Shown: piece after piece, positions 43,238 to 51,903 of the stretch
Position numbering within the stretch: the first letter of the stretch is position 1
How the letters are laid out: every line of letters starts with the position of its first letter
IMG/VR virus record: IMGVR_UViG_3300026097_000015
Location: 1 to 64,000 of that record
Direction: 5' to 3' (one strand)
DNA length: 64,000 nt
Source: a virus
Program-made: the position numbers and the translations under genes
The notes under the pieces: model-generated
Told to the model about the DNA's origin: nothing
What the model saw: the letters and a program-made list of their open reading frames with translations, nothing else
Database searches by the model: none

Positions 43238-43416
43238 TGCCCACTTATGAATATAAGTGTTCTACCTGCGATACCCCGTACAACAAAGTACGGGGTATTT
43301 CAGAAGCAGAGCCAGAGTACTACTGTGAGACTTGCAATAAACAACTTTTGCGTGTATACTCGAAACCTGTTGTTAGTTTTTCAGGCAGCGGATTTTACAG
43401 CACAGATAAAAAATAG
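43237..43416 (+). CDS. FmdB-family zinc-ribbon protein (not in the ORF track)
   Basis: MPTYEYKCSTC...CETC...RVYS...FSGSGFYSTDKK*. Confidence 0.85.
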   Translation: MPTYEYKCSTCDTPYNKVRGISEAEPEYYCETCNKQLLRVYSKPVVSFSGSGFYSTDKK

Positions 43417-43424
43417 GAGATACC

Positions 43425-43682
43425 TTGGCAAGACCTTTAGCAGGTAATAAACCAGAAGTAGAGGAGTGGACCCCCAATGCTCTCGATAGATGTGACTATG
43501 AGTGTCCAGCTCAGGCCATGGTTAAGGCTACAGGAATGTATGGAGAGCTAATGTTTTGCCATCATCATTACAATCAAATCTCTAACAGCAACTCTAAAAG
43601 CAATAAGCTTAAAGCATTTGCATTTGATGTGCAAGATAAGAGTAGCGTTCTAGAAGTTAATCGGCTGAAAGAAGATTCATGA
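43425..43682 (+). CDS. Small actinobacterial-type Zn-binding protein
   Basis: DRCD..C.AQA.V.....GELMFCHHH motif. Confidence 0.7.
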   Translation: MARPLAGNKPEVEEWTPNALDRCDYECPAQAMVKATGMYGELMFCHHHYNQISNSNSKSNKLKAFAFDVQDKSSVLEVNRLKEDS

Positions 43683-44020
43683 TGAGCGAAAAAGATCCCA
43701 AAGAAGAGTGGTTCGAGAACATGATTCTTGAAGGTGTAGTTGAGTTTTCGGGTATTGACGAAGAAACTGGAGAGATGCTGTATAACTTTTCTCCAGACGT
43801 AATAGAGAAGCATCCAGATGTTTTTGAAAGGATGGTAGCTGAAATTCAAAAAGAAATATACGTGCTTTGGGAGAAGGGCTTTTTATCCATGAACATAGCG
43901 GATGAAAATCCTTTGGTACAAATTACCCCCAAGGCTTTAGACGCAGATGCAATTAAGATAGAGCTTACACGTGATGAGCAAAGAAGTCTAGAGCTCATAA
44001 TGATGTACATGTCTACCTAA
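43679..44020 (+). CDS. Hypothetical protein
   Basis: Acidic ORF coupled to the upstream gene. Confidence 0.7.
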   Translation: MMSEKDPKEEWFENMILEGVVEFSGIDEETGEMLYNFSPDVIEKHPDVFERMVAEIQKEIYVLWEKGFLSMNIADENPLVQITPKALDADAIKIELTRDEQRSLELIMMYMST

Positions 44021-44046
44021 TGATATAATTGTAGGAGGAGGGCTTT

Positions 44047-44484
44047 ATGGACTTTTTTGCAGGATCTTTAATAACTTTGTTAGTCTCTGCCGTTGTGTAC
44101 AGGCTAATAGTTAAAGAACGTAAAAGTCTAAGCTTCTTCGCACCTAAGTATACCCAAAGTTATAATTATATACTTTTAAAACCCATTCTTGGAGATCACC
44201 CTGTCTATGACGTGATTAATGAAAAAATGCGGACACAGGCAACAGATCATTTTGATTCAAAGCATATCAGGATGGTAATTATGGACGATTACGCTTACTG
44301 GATTAGGAACAATGTTTTGGTGTGTGCGGAGCTGAATGAAGAAGGCTTTGATGAAAAAACTACAAAAGAGGTTGACATAATGGGTATGGATAAGGTAGAA
44401 TTGAACAAGATGATTACGGTTGTCGATAAGCTGACGGAGGGAAACAAACATGATGGTGGGAGTCCAGGGGACAAAAAGTTTTGA
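44047..44484 (+). CDS. Hypothetical protein with N-terminal TM helix
   Basis: TGATATAAT at 44021 and AGGAGG RBS; hydrophobic N-terminus. Confidence 0.75.
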   Translation: MDFFAGSLITLLVSAVVYRLIVKERKSLSFFAPKYTQSYNYILLKPILGDHPVYDVINEKMRTQATDHFDSKHIRMVIMDDYAYWIRNNVLVCAELNEEGFDEKTTKEVDIMGMDKVELNKMITVVDKLTEGNKHDGGSPGDKKF

Positions 44485-44800
44485 TGACTATCAAATAGTC
44501 TTAAGAGCAATGCACACCGCCTTATCTGACAAACCAGAAAGCGATTCAGAGTTTTTTGTGTATTCTGCAGGTCCAGCAAACATTAATCAAATGGTAAAAG
44601 AATTTGTTAATGTTACGGAGAGAAGTATGAAGGGGTATGGCATTAAATCCAAGTATACTCTAGTTCCCCCTAGCTGGATAGAAGAAAACATAGTAGATTT
44701 TTCTTATATTGTATACCTTTCTAAGCCTGGCGAGAGAACGTCTAGCTTGGTAGAGGTTGCAGAAGAAAATAACATAGACGTGGGTATATACAGATACTAG
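44450..44800 (+). CDS. Hypothetical protein, possibly SLOG/YspA-like
   Basis: VGVQGTKSFDDY N-terminal motif; GGAGG RBS. Confidence 0.55.
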   Translation: MMVGVQGTKSFDDYQIVLRAMHTALSDKPESDSEFFVYSAGPANINQMVKEFVNVTERSMKGYGIKSKYTLVPPSWIEENIVDFSYIVYLSKPGERTSSLVEVAEENNIDVGIYRY

Positions 44801-44809
44801 GAGTTAAAG

Positions 44810-45019
44810 ATGCTAATTAAATCTTTAAACAGCATGGAAAAAATAGTTAGTCAAAACAAAGCCCTAGGCTGGGATGGATGGAGTGTTACAGACAGCAAGC
44901 CCTCCCCAACAGCTTGGAGATCTAAAGACGGAGTATACGTTAATGGTCAGTGGTTCCTCCAGAGAAGGTACGAAATCACTCCTGATGGATGGCATATCCC
45001 TCGAAAATTTGTGAGGTAG
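44810..45019 (+). CDS. Hypothetical Trp-rich protein
   Basis: GGAG RBS; WDGW and GW.IP. Confidence 0.7.
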   Translation: MLIKSLNSMEKIVSQNKALGWDGWSVTDSKPSPTAWRSKDGVYVNGQWFLQRRYEITPDGWHIPRKFVR

Positions 45020-45023
45020 CACA

Positions 45024-45311
45024 TTGGAAAACGAAGACTGGAAGAGGTCTGCGTCTTGCTTAAACTACGAAACAAATCTATTTTTTGATGAATATGAAGA
45101 AAATGAAAACCTTAGACCTGCCATCGATAAGATATGTTCGGACTGTCCCGTAGCAAGGCAATGCTTTGCTGTAGGGGTTTCCCAAAAAGAGTGGGGAGTT
45201 TGGGGAGGAATATTTCTTGAAAATGGCAAAATTAACAGAGAGTTTAATAGGCACAAAGCAAAGCAAGACTGGGCAAAAACATGGCAGTATTTAACAATTG
45301 ATAAGAAGTAG
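45024..45311 (+). CDS. whiB: WhiB-family Fe-S transcription factor
   Basis: W...ASC...FF....C..CPV...C...E.GVWGG. Confidence 0.92.
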   Translation: MENEDWKRSASCLNYETNLFFDEYEENENLRPAIDKICSDCPVARQCFAVGVSQKEWGVWGGIFLENGKINREFNRHKAKQDWAKTWQYLTIDKK

Positions 45312-45412
45312 GGTATGAACGAGATATTTTTTCAGATAGCGGTTCTAGCAGGTGTTTGGAGTAACGTCACCTTGGGAGTAATTGCTTTGCGTGATAGGAG
45401 AAAAAAGAAATA

Positions 45413-45655
45413 ATGTACAATCTTGAAATGAAAAAAGCAGTCCATTCTTTGGACACGTACAAGCCAAAAAACTTTGGAGTTGTCATTGTAGATAATGATC
45501 AGTTCCTTACCGTAAAAGCACCTGAGAAAAACTTTAATCAGTTGCTTGACGAAGACAAGCGTCGTGCGGTAGAATATATGGTAAGGGTAAAGTCTGCCCT
45601 GGAAGATCTAGGAGCAATAGTTTTGCTCGTAAGGGAAGGTGGCGAAGATGTCTGA
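45413..45655 (+). CDS. Hypothetical protein
   Basis: ORF track; coupled neighbours. Confidence 0.65.
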   Translation: MYNLEMKKAVHSLDTYKPKNFGVVIVDNDQFLTVKAPEKNFNQLLDEDKRRAVEYMVRVKSALEDLGAIVLLVREGGEDV

Positions 45656-45812
45656 TAGCTTTGAGATTACAGAAGATCAGCGAAAAGTTGCTAACGCATT
45701 GATAACCGAGGGTATGAGGATTGAGCGTGAAAGAATTCTTAACGTTATTAATGCCAACAAAACAAAAACAATATCAATTAGCAAGCTAAACAAACTTATT
45801 TCGGAGAACTAA
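45648..45812 (+). CDS. Small EG..ERERI-family protein (not in the ORF track)
   Basis: MSDSFEITEDQRKVANALITEGMRIERERILNVI...; fills the gap between ORFs. Confidence 0.6.
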   Translation: MSDSFEITEDQRKVANALITEGMRIERERILNVINANKTKTISISKLNKLISEN

Positions 45813-46214
45813 TTGTCATTTTTAGAAATACTAGTAGCTGCCCTAATCGTAATTGCATTTGGGGGCATAGTATCCTATACCGTACATTTAAAGTATAAAA
45901 ATGTAAAGCTTGCAAGCGGCATGGTCCAAGCCGTTGTGGACAAAAACACTATTAAGAAACAGCTGGAAGATCTAGTATCTAATAAAACTGTTAAAGATAT
46001 AGAAGAGACAGATGGGTTCTTAAAGTTTTTGTCAGAGTCAAGAGACTCTGCCTTTGAATATATTGAAGACGTACAGAAAACACTCTATTTGTTTAAAGAT
46101 AATATGGAGCCTATTGTAGAAGCGTATAGAGACTCTGGTACTGCCCCAGAGCATATGAGGCAGGTCGTAAAGGCTTATGATGAGGTTGTAAGCCTGTTGC
46201 CAGCAGACGAATAA
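45813..46214 (+). CDS. Hypothetical membrane-anchored protein
   Basis: N-terminal TM helix; FLKFLSESRDSAFEYIEDVQ. Confidence 0.7.
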   Translation: MSFLEILVAALIVIAFGGIVSYTVHLKYKNVKLASGMVQAVVDKNTIKKQLEDLVSNKTVKDIEETDGFLKFLSESRDSAFEYIEDVQKTLYLFKDNMEPIVEAYRDSGTAPEHMRQVVKAYDEVVSLLPADE

Positions 46215-46280
46215 TCTGCTATAATATATTTGCTCGCCTAAATAGGGGGCATGAAACTCGCTTAACACAAGGAGGAAAAT

Positions 46281-46688
46281 ATGATGATGTCTATTGTAGA
46301 CCCATTCGAAACATTTGGTCGGGAATTCGACAGAATGTTTCCAAGTAAAGTAACAGCAACAGCTAAGCCTAGCTACCCACCATACAATCTAATTGAGTGG
46401 AGTCCAGAGCAGTTTACCCTGGAATTTGCGGTAGCTGGATTTGATCAAGAACAAATTGATATCTCTGTAGAAAAGGGTATCCTAATCGTCAAAGGCGAAC
46501 AGGAAGAAGAGGCAGGGGAAATCAACTATCTACATAAGGGTATTGCAGCTCGAAAGTTCGTAAGGAAGTTTGAGCTACCTGAATATGTGGAGGTATCAGA
46601 GGCTAGTCTCACTAACGGAATTTTGTCTATTGAATTAGTTAAAGAAATTCCAGAGGAAGAGAAGCCGAAGAAAATTACAATTAAATAA
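46281..46688 (+). CDS. Small heat-shock protein (Hsp20/IbpA-like)
   Basis: YPPYN, AVAGF, YLHKGIAARKF, NGILSI and PEEEKPKKI. Confidence 0.93.
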   Translation: MMMSIVDPFETFGREFDRMFPSKVTATAKPSYPPYNLIEWSPEQFTLEFAVAGFDQEQIDISVEKGILIVKGEQEEEAGEINYLHKGIAARKFVRKFELPEYVEVSEASLTNGILSIELVKEIPEEEKPKKITIK

Positions 46689-46702
46689 GTTATAATATAG
46701 TT

Positions 46703-46793
46703 AGGTCCCCACACGGACTTTAGGATGGAATTAGTTACTCTTTCTATATACGGCCATCGTGCGGTATTTCGTTGTGTGGGGATCTTTCTTTTT
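46703..46793 (+). ncRNA. Candidate small structured RNA
   Basis: Starts 6 nt after TATAAT (46691); 13-bp closing stem AGGTCCCCACACG/TGTGTGGGGATCT, inner GATGG/CCATC stem, then TTCTTTTT. Confidence 0.6.
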
Positions 46794-46809
46794 ATGATAG
46801 AATAGTATT

Positions 46810-48084
46810 ATGCCATATTCAATAGGAGAGCGTGGAAGCTACGGATGTAGTGGATACCCAGTAATCAAAGATGATGACAACACCGTGATGGGATGTCACC
46901 CAACAATGGCTGAAGCTCGGAATCAAATTACAGCAATCAACATGAGCGAATCTGAGCAAGGCAAGAAAAGAATTCCGTCAGGAGTAGAAGGTTTTGAATC
47001 TGCATCTGCGGAGCCATCAGTGCTTGATAGACAAGCCTACGAGGAAAAAGAAGTTCTCACGTCAGGCGGAGGGGTAGGAATTAAGAATCCACAAGCCTGG
47101 CCAGGAACAGAAATAGAATACAGAAAGCCAAATCTAGTGCATAAAAATCATATAAAAGAAGGTGACTTCGTAATGGGAATGACCGTAGAGGGAATTGCTC
47201 ACGGTCGTGTAGAGCATATCATGTGGGAAGGTGGAGTTTTGGGTGAGCCAGGAACAGAATACGCCTTAGAATCAATGCCTCCAGAAAACCCAGCTATGTC
47301 CGTAAGGGTCTATGAGTATGACGAAGACGGATCTTGGGAGGCAACCCCATACAGTATTGGAATGATGTTCCAGGATGCACAGATACTAGATAGCTTAGAT
47401 AATCATGAAATGCCAGAAAGTATGCAAGATGATATGATCGAAATGTCTAAGGCAGAAACTTACTCTCCTAACGATGGCATGAAGGCCGCAGCTAGAAGAG
47501 CACTAAAGTGGAAAGAAGAAGGAAAGGCCACTGGGGCAGGGACACCCGTCGGATGGGGTAGGGCCACAGATATCGTAGCAGGGAGATCCATGTCACTTAG
47601 TGTTGTGAAAAGGATGTTTTCGTTTTTTTCTAGACACGAGAAGGCTTCTAAAGGTGCAGAAGGATTCCGTTCAGGGGAAGAAGGATACCCATCTAATGGT
47701 AGAATTATGTGGGACGCATGGGGAGGGGACGCAGGATTTTCTTGGTCCCGTGCAATAGTAAACAGAGAAAAGGATAAGGCATTGTTCGGAGATATATTTA
47801 AAGGGCCTATTGGAAAAATGCCCAGTAGAAATTACGCAGACTGGTTTATGAAAGCAGAAGAGCCAAAGGTTGGAGACATGGTCTCATGGAATAGTTCTGG
47901 GGGTAGAGCTAAGGGAAAGATTACCAGAATCCTTCGCAGTGGATCTTACAGCCCTCCAGGGACCGATGTAACCATTACAGCTAGTGAGGAAGAGCCAGCA
48001 GCAGTTATTAGATTGTACAATGGGGATGAGCCTACTGATCAAATGGTAGGGCACAAGCTTAAGACGCTTCGCCGTCTTCCATAA
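46810..48084 (+). CDS. Multidomain protein, probably virion-associated or maturation-processed
   Basis: Two related Tudor/SH3-like domains flanking an AARRAL...RMFSFFSRH...WDAWGGDAG domain. Confidence 0.75.
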   Translation: MPYSIGERGSYGCSGYPVIKDDDNTVMGCHPTMAEARNQITAINMSESEQGKKRIPSGVEGFESASAEPSVLDRQAYEEKEVLTSGGGVGIKNPQAWPGTEIEYRKPNLVHKNHIKEGDFVMGMTVEGIAHGRVEHIMWEGGVLGEPGTEYALESMPPENPAMSVRVYEYDEDGSWEATPYSIGMMFQDAQILDSLDNHEMPESMQDDMIEMSKAETYSPNDGMKAAARRALKWKEEGKATGAGTPVGWGRATDIVAGRSMSLSVVKRMFSFFSRHEKASKGAEGFRSGEEGYPSNGRIMWDAWGGDAGFSWSRAIVNREKDKALFGDIFKGPIGKMPSRNYADWFMKAEEPKVGDMVSWNSSGGRAKGKITRILRSGSYSPPGTDVTITASEEEPAAVIRLYNGDEPTDQMVGHKLKTLRRLP

Positions 48085-48220
48085 TAAGAGCTACAATCTC
48101 TTCAGTATACTTTTCATAGTCTATTTCTAAGATAAAGTTTTCTTTATCTATTTTATGTAGCTTAGACTCTTGACCTATAGCAAACAGTATTTCTCGAATG
48201 CTGTCTTTTAATTCTTTCAA
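48059..48220 (-). CDS. Small hypothetical protein (not in the ORF track)
   Basis: TTG start overlapping the HNH stop; LKELKDSIREILFAIG...EIDYEKYTEEI*. Confidence 0.5.
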   Translation of the reverse strand: MKELKDSIREILFAIGQESKLHKIDKENFILEIDYEKYTEEIVALIMEDGEAS

Positions 48221-48495
48221 GCTGCTTCTTGTTCCCTTTGATATGTTCTAATTTTATGACAATTGGCACAAACGACGTCGCACTTTGCAACCTCGGCCCA
48301 TGCCATCTGCTCTCCGTAATTTCTTAATACCCTGTAGACACCATCAAGCTTTTTGAATTCTGGCTTGTGATCAAACTCTAAAACATAATGAGGAAATTTA
48401 TTTCTGCAGTCTTTGCAGCCAGATTTTTCTTTATAGAAATGTAGGTCACGCAACACCGCAGCCATGGCTTTACGATGTTTCGCTGTTTTGACCAT
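48217..48495 (-). CDS. HNH endonuclease
   Basis: CKDC...LEFDH...KCDVVCANCHKIRT. Confidence 0.85.
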   Translation of the reverse strand: MVKTAKHRKAMAAVLRDLHFYKEKSGCKDCRNKFPHYVLEFDHKPEFKKLDGVYRVLRNYGEQMAWAEVAKCDVVCANCHKIRTYQREQEAA

Positions 48496-49124
48496 TATTC
48501 TGCAATAACCTCTTCAGGCTTAACTGCTTTAGCAAACACAACACGGCTTGCCATTTTACTAGATGCAATGATAGCCAGAGGAGCTGCTACTCCAAGGATG
48601 GTTCCAGCCCACATGCGTGGCTCTGTCCATGCCCAGTTCCAATAATCAAAGGTGTGAAACGCATTTGCAACAACTGCTAGGCCACCGAAGGCAATCATTC
48701 CTACTAAAGATCCCATAGTTTTTTCGGGCATACCATTTTCAGAAACTCTTGAGGCAAGAACGAGGTATGCCACCAAGAAAAGAAGATACATTAATTCAAT
48801 AAAGAAAAAGAATAGCCCTGCCATCCAGTCTTGAGAAAGCCCTACAAAGACAGCAACAGATGTGATGCCATTAAAAGATACAATGGCAGAAGCTACGAAG
48901 GCTAGGGCAATTCCTATTAGCCATGACCAAAGAACTATCTTCTGGTCTACCTGAATCTTAGGAGCTCTCTTTAGCTCTTGAGCCTCATACTTTTCTCTGT
49001 TGCTCTTCTCAAGCCTTAGCTTAGACTCCTGCTTCTCAACTTCATTGTTTTTAGAAGCATTCTGCTTTTGCCTCTGCTCAATTATTCTCTGTCTGTTAGG
49101 GCTAAGCCCTCCTGGATTACTCAT
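48495..49124 (-). CDS. Four-TM membrane protein (DUF2637-like)
   Basis: Charged N-terminus, then four hydrophobic helices with SF..I and NAFH motifs. Confidence 0.7.
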   Translation of the reverse strand: MSNPGGLSPNRQRIIEQRQKQNASKNNEVEKQESKLRLEKSNREKYEAQELKRAPKIQVDQKIVLWSWLIGIALAFVASAIVSFNGITSVAVFVGLSQDWMAGLFFFFIELMYLLFLVAYLVLASRVSENGMPEKTMGSLVGMIAFGGLAVVANAFHTFDYWNWAWTEPRMWAGTILGVAAPLAIIASSKMASRVVFAKAVKPEEVIAE

Positions 49125-49151
49125 ATTAAATAATTATACCATAATTAGGGG

Positions 49152-49412
49152 TTAAGAAGCTGCTTCGTAATGCTCTGCATCTAGCTCTTCTTTTAAAATT
49201 GATATGATCTCTTTGATTGTTCTGCGAATAACCGTCTTGTCAGTTCTACCATCACCAATTTTCCAGGGAATAGAATTAAGTTTATTTTCTAAAAGCTTAA
49301 CTATTCTTTCTTTTTCTCGTATAGATCCTTCATTCAGAATGTCGTTTATATCAATTACTTGTTCGTCAATATCTGAGTTACTATGTAGGTCAAGAATATC
49401 GTAGTCTTTCAT
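49152..49412 (-). CDS. Hypothetical protein (EG..EKERI family)
   Basis: GGGAG RBS; NEGSIREKERIVKLL. Confidence 0.65.
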   Translation of the reverse strand: MKDYDILDLHSNSDIDEQVIDINDILNEGSIREKERIVKLLENKLNSIPWKIGDGRTDKTVIRRTIKEIISILKEELDAEHYEAAS

Positions 49413-49524
49413 AACTACTCCCTTCGTATTGAATTATATTAGAACAATTATACGCCATAATTGATATCAATGTATAAAAAAGAGCTAGACATATAATGCC
49501 TAGCCCTTTAATAATAAAACTATT

Positions 49525-50244
49525 TTAACAGTCTTCGTAAAGCAAATCAATTGTTTCTGGAAATGCTTGCCTAGTTAGATTAAGAACAGCCTCAGCATAT
49601 TCTCTAATTTCGCTTTGTGCATCATGAGGCATTCTTTGGTCCAGAAATGTAAGGACACCTTGCAGAGACACTGTCCACCTGTATCTTACGTACATGCCAT
49701 ACGCAGGTAAGAACAGCCTGGCAATTTCTGGTGCTACACCTTGCTCCATAGCACTTTGATACGCCTCTTCTCCAAGCCTTACGACCTCTTCTAGTCTGTC
49801 TGTAAGCCTCTGGCCAGCACTAGAATCTAATGGTGCTCCAGAACCCTGCTTACTATTTTCAGGCTTAGAACGCCACTCAGAGGCTTGTGGGATGTAGAAC
49901 TCTTCATCTTCTGTAATGTAACGCCTAGATGATTCGTTCCATCCATTTTGATCATCAATGTGGGACGAGGCTACAGCATACTTCCACCATTGCCTAGCTA
50001 CAAAAAGCGGAGCATAAACTTCAAAAGTAAGTGCAGCATGTCTAAAAGGACTAGTATGCTTTTCACGTAGCAAGAACTTCAACAGCTTTGCATCTTTTTC
50101 ATCAAATTCATTCTTTTCTTTATCGTAAGATACCCTAGCAGCATTCACTACGGCCAAGTCATCGCCTAGCATGTCTACTAGTCTTACGTAGCCCTTGTCT
50201 AAGACCTTGATTGGCTCTGGACTTTCCCTAATATAAACTGTCAT
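49525..50244 (-). CDS. thyX: Flavin-dependent thymidylate synthase
   Basis: VNAARVSY, HTSPF, NESSRRY, E.AR..LP and AQSEIR. Confidence 0.93.
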   Translation of the reverse strand: MTVYIRESPEPIKVLDKGYVRLVDMLGDDLAVVNAARVSYDKEKNEFDEKDAKLLKFLLREKHTSPFRHAALTFEVYAPLFVARQWWKYAVASSHIDDQNGWNESSRRYITEDEEFYIPQASEWRSKPENSKQGSGAPLDSSAGQRLTDRLEEVVRLGEEAYQSAMEQGVAPEIARLFLPAYGMYVRYRWTVSLQGVLTFLDQRMPHDAQSEIREYAEAVLNLTRQAFPETIDLLYEDC

Positions 50245-50435
50245 TTGTGTTTGTCCCTATTCCCTGCACCTCTATTTAAGCCATAGATATATCCTGCCTG
50301 CCAGACTTTTAGGTCATGCTCTCCAGGAGGGGATTGCAGTCCAGACATCCAGTCTTCCATATCCTGCTTTGCTTTTCGAATGGTTGCAGCAGTCTCTTTG
50401 TTGTATTTTCTTTGTTGCATTCTACGATTACTCAA
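50241..50435 (-). CDS. Small hypothetical protein, paralog of 52646..52828
   Basis: KET....AKQD...WM...WQAGYI.G..RG. Confidence 0.65.
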   Translation of the reverse strand: MSNRRMQQRKYNKETAATIRKAKQDMEDWMSGLQSPPGEHDLKVWQAGYIYGLNRGAGNRDKHK

Positions 50436-50709
50436 CGTCCAACACCGCCAATATGTCCTTGTACGGGATTAGAACATAGTCTTCGTAATCTACCCCAGAA
50501 AACTTGGAGTACGTCACCTTGTCTCCTGGTTTGAGATCTATCTCTAGCTTGCTACCATTAGGAAACACCAAGCCAGGACCAACAGCCTCCACAATCGCCT
50601 CTGACGGCTTTTCGTCATTCATACCAGTTAGCACTAGGCCAGAGCTTGAAAGCTGCTCCTCATCCTTAACAGGTTTTAGCAAAACCTTGTCTTCAAATGG
50701 CTTAATCAT
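50428..50709 (-). CDS. groES: GroES-like co-chaperonin
   Basis: IKPFEDKVL, SGLVL, AVGPG, GDKV.YSKFSG and DILAV. Confidence 0.92.
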   Translation of the reverse strand: MIKPFEDKVLLKPVKDEEQLSSSGLVLTGMNDEKPSEAIVEAVGPGLVFPNGSKLEIDLKPGDKVTYSKFSGVDYEDYVLIPYKDILAVLDVE

Positions 50710-50733
50710 TTTTACCCACCTTATATTGTTTAT

Positions 50734-50955
50734 TTAATTAGCTAGACCATCTAGCCTATCTGGCTGGAATCCAGACCAGGAATCGTTATCTGTAATGACA
50801 ACAGGAGCAGCCATAAAACCTAAATTAAGAATCTTATCTAATGCATCTGGATTCTTTGATATATCTATCGTATCGTACTCCAGGCCAGCTTTATCTAAAT
50901 GTCTTTTTGTAGCGTCGCACTGGACGCAGGCAGGCTTTGTGTATACCGTTATCAT
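50734..50955 (-). CDS. nrdH: Glutaredoxin-like NrdH
   Basis: VYTKPACVQC...APVV...WSGFQPD. Confidence 0.95.
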   Translation of the reverse strand: MITVYTKPACVQCDATKRHLDKAGLEYDTIDISKNPDALDKILNLGFMAAPVVITDNDSWSGFQPDRLDGLAN

Positions 50956-50985
50956 TTATCTCCTTGTTAAAATATATTAGGGTCA

Positions 50986-51014
50986 ATTATACCGTTTATT
51001 GCCTCGGTTGTCAA
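50986..51014 (-). promoter_or_regulatory. Consensus promoter for nrdH-groES-thyX
   Basis: Minus strand TTGACA-17 nt-TATAAT. Confidence 0.8.
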
Positions 51015-51016
51015 AA

Positions 51017-51730
51017 CTATATACGCCAACCCATACCAATTAGCTCTAGCAACAGGTCTGTCTTGTCGTAGCTACCAGCTTTTACACTCTTGAACAGTGC
51101 TACCCTATCGGAGCCACCTATAACTACATCAGGGGTCTCCATGTACTTCAGCTTCCAGCCTTTTCTTTTAAGCTTATGATCAACATAATAAGACATCCAC
51201 AAATCTTCTATTTTTAACGCACCTGCGGGGTAGTTGTAAACAAGATCATCCTCAAGAAAAAGCTTTGCATCAACCATAGAAATACCAGTTCCACAATACT
51301 TAATTTTGTATTTATTGGACCAGACTCTTTCACGATCTCTATAGTAATTTTTACCGTATAGTCTCCAGGCAAATCCAGATTTATACGTTTTGGGCTCCCA
51401 TTGAGACAAAACCTTTTCTACGTAGGTTTCGGGGAAGCTAATGTCATCATCAATAAATAAAATAGCCTTATATTTATGTTTAGCAAGATAACGCCCTATA
51501 AATAATCTTCGAAAAGCAAAGTAATCATTGCCATCATGGCTCACCCAGATGTTTAACTGACCATTAAAAGATCTAGCCGTTTCTTCAACCTTATTTTTAT
51601 ACTTGTCATTTGAGTTTGAGATATATACATCAAAATTCTGATAAGTTTGTCTAGAAAGCTTATTCAGGGTATTCCTAAGAGCTGGTATTCTTTGCCAGGT
51701 AAGTAAAACCACTGCCACATCTTTCCCCAT
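51017..51730 (-). CDS. Glycosyltransferase (GT-A/GT2-like)
   Basis: VVLLTWQR...L..QT, FIDDD (DxD) and IEDLW. Confidence 0.82.
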   Translation of the reverse strand: MGKDVAVVLLTWQRIPALRNTLNKLSRQTYQNFDVYISNSNDKYKNKVEETARSFNGQLNIWVSHDGNDYFAFRRLFIGRYLAKHKYKAILFIDDDISFPETYVEKVLSQWEPKTYKSGFAWRLYGKNYYRDRERVWSNKYKIKYCGTGISMVDAKLFLEDDLVYNYPAGALKIEDLWMSYYVDHKLKRKGWKLKYMETPDVVIGGSDRVALFKSVKAGSYDKTDLLLELIGMGWRI

Positions 51731-51882
51731 CAAAACAGATCTTCCTCTATATCTTCATTAAACTGTATTACCGATATCCTGTATTCACAGGCTGTGCATT
51801 TTTCTATAAAGTTTGTAATGTCTTTGCCAGCTATCTTTGTAACAAGATCAAAGACTAGCTCAGATTTGCAAACAGGACACAT
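51730..51882 (-). CDS. Small zinc-ribbon protein (not in the ORF track)
   Basis: MCPVC...CTAC; ATG 6 nt after TGCTATAAT. Confidence 0.55.
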   Translation of the reverse strand: MCPVCKSELVFDLVTKIAGKDITNFIEKCTACEYRISVIQFNEDIEEDLF

Positions 51883-51903
51883 CCTTTAATTATAGCATTA
51901 ACC

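Noticed and set aside
43247-43447. 66-aa ORF in the track
   Set aside because: The overlapping frame 43237..43416 is a clear FmdB-type zinc ribbon.
46703-46793. Assignment of this RNA to hammerhead, pistol, Y RNA or a known riboswitch
   Set aside because: I could not find the diagnostic conserved cores by eye, so it is left unassigned.
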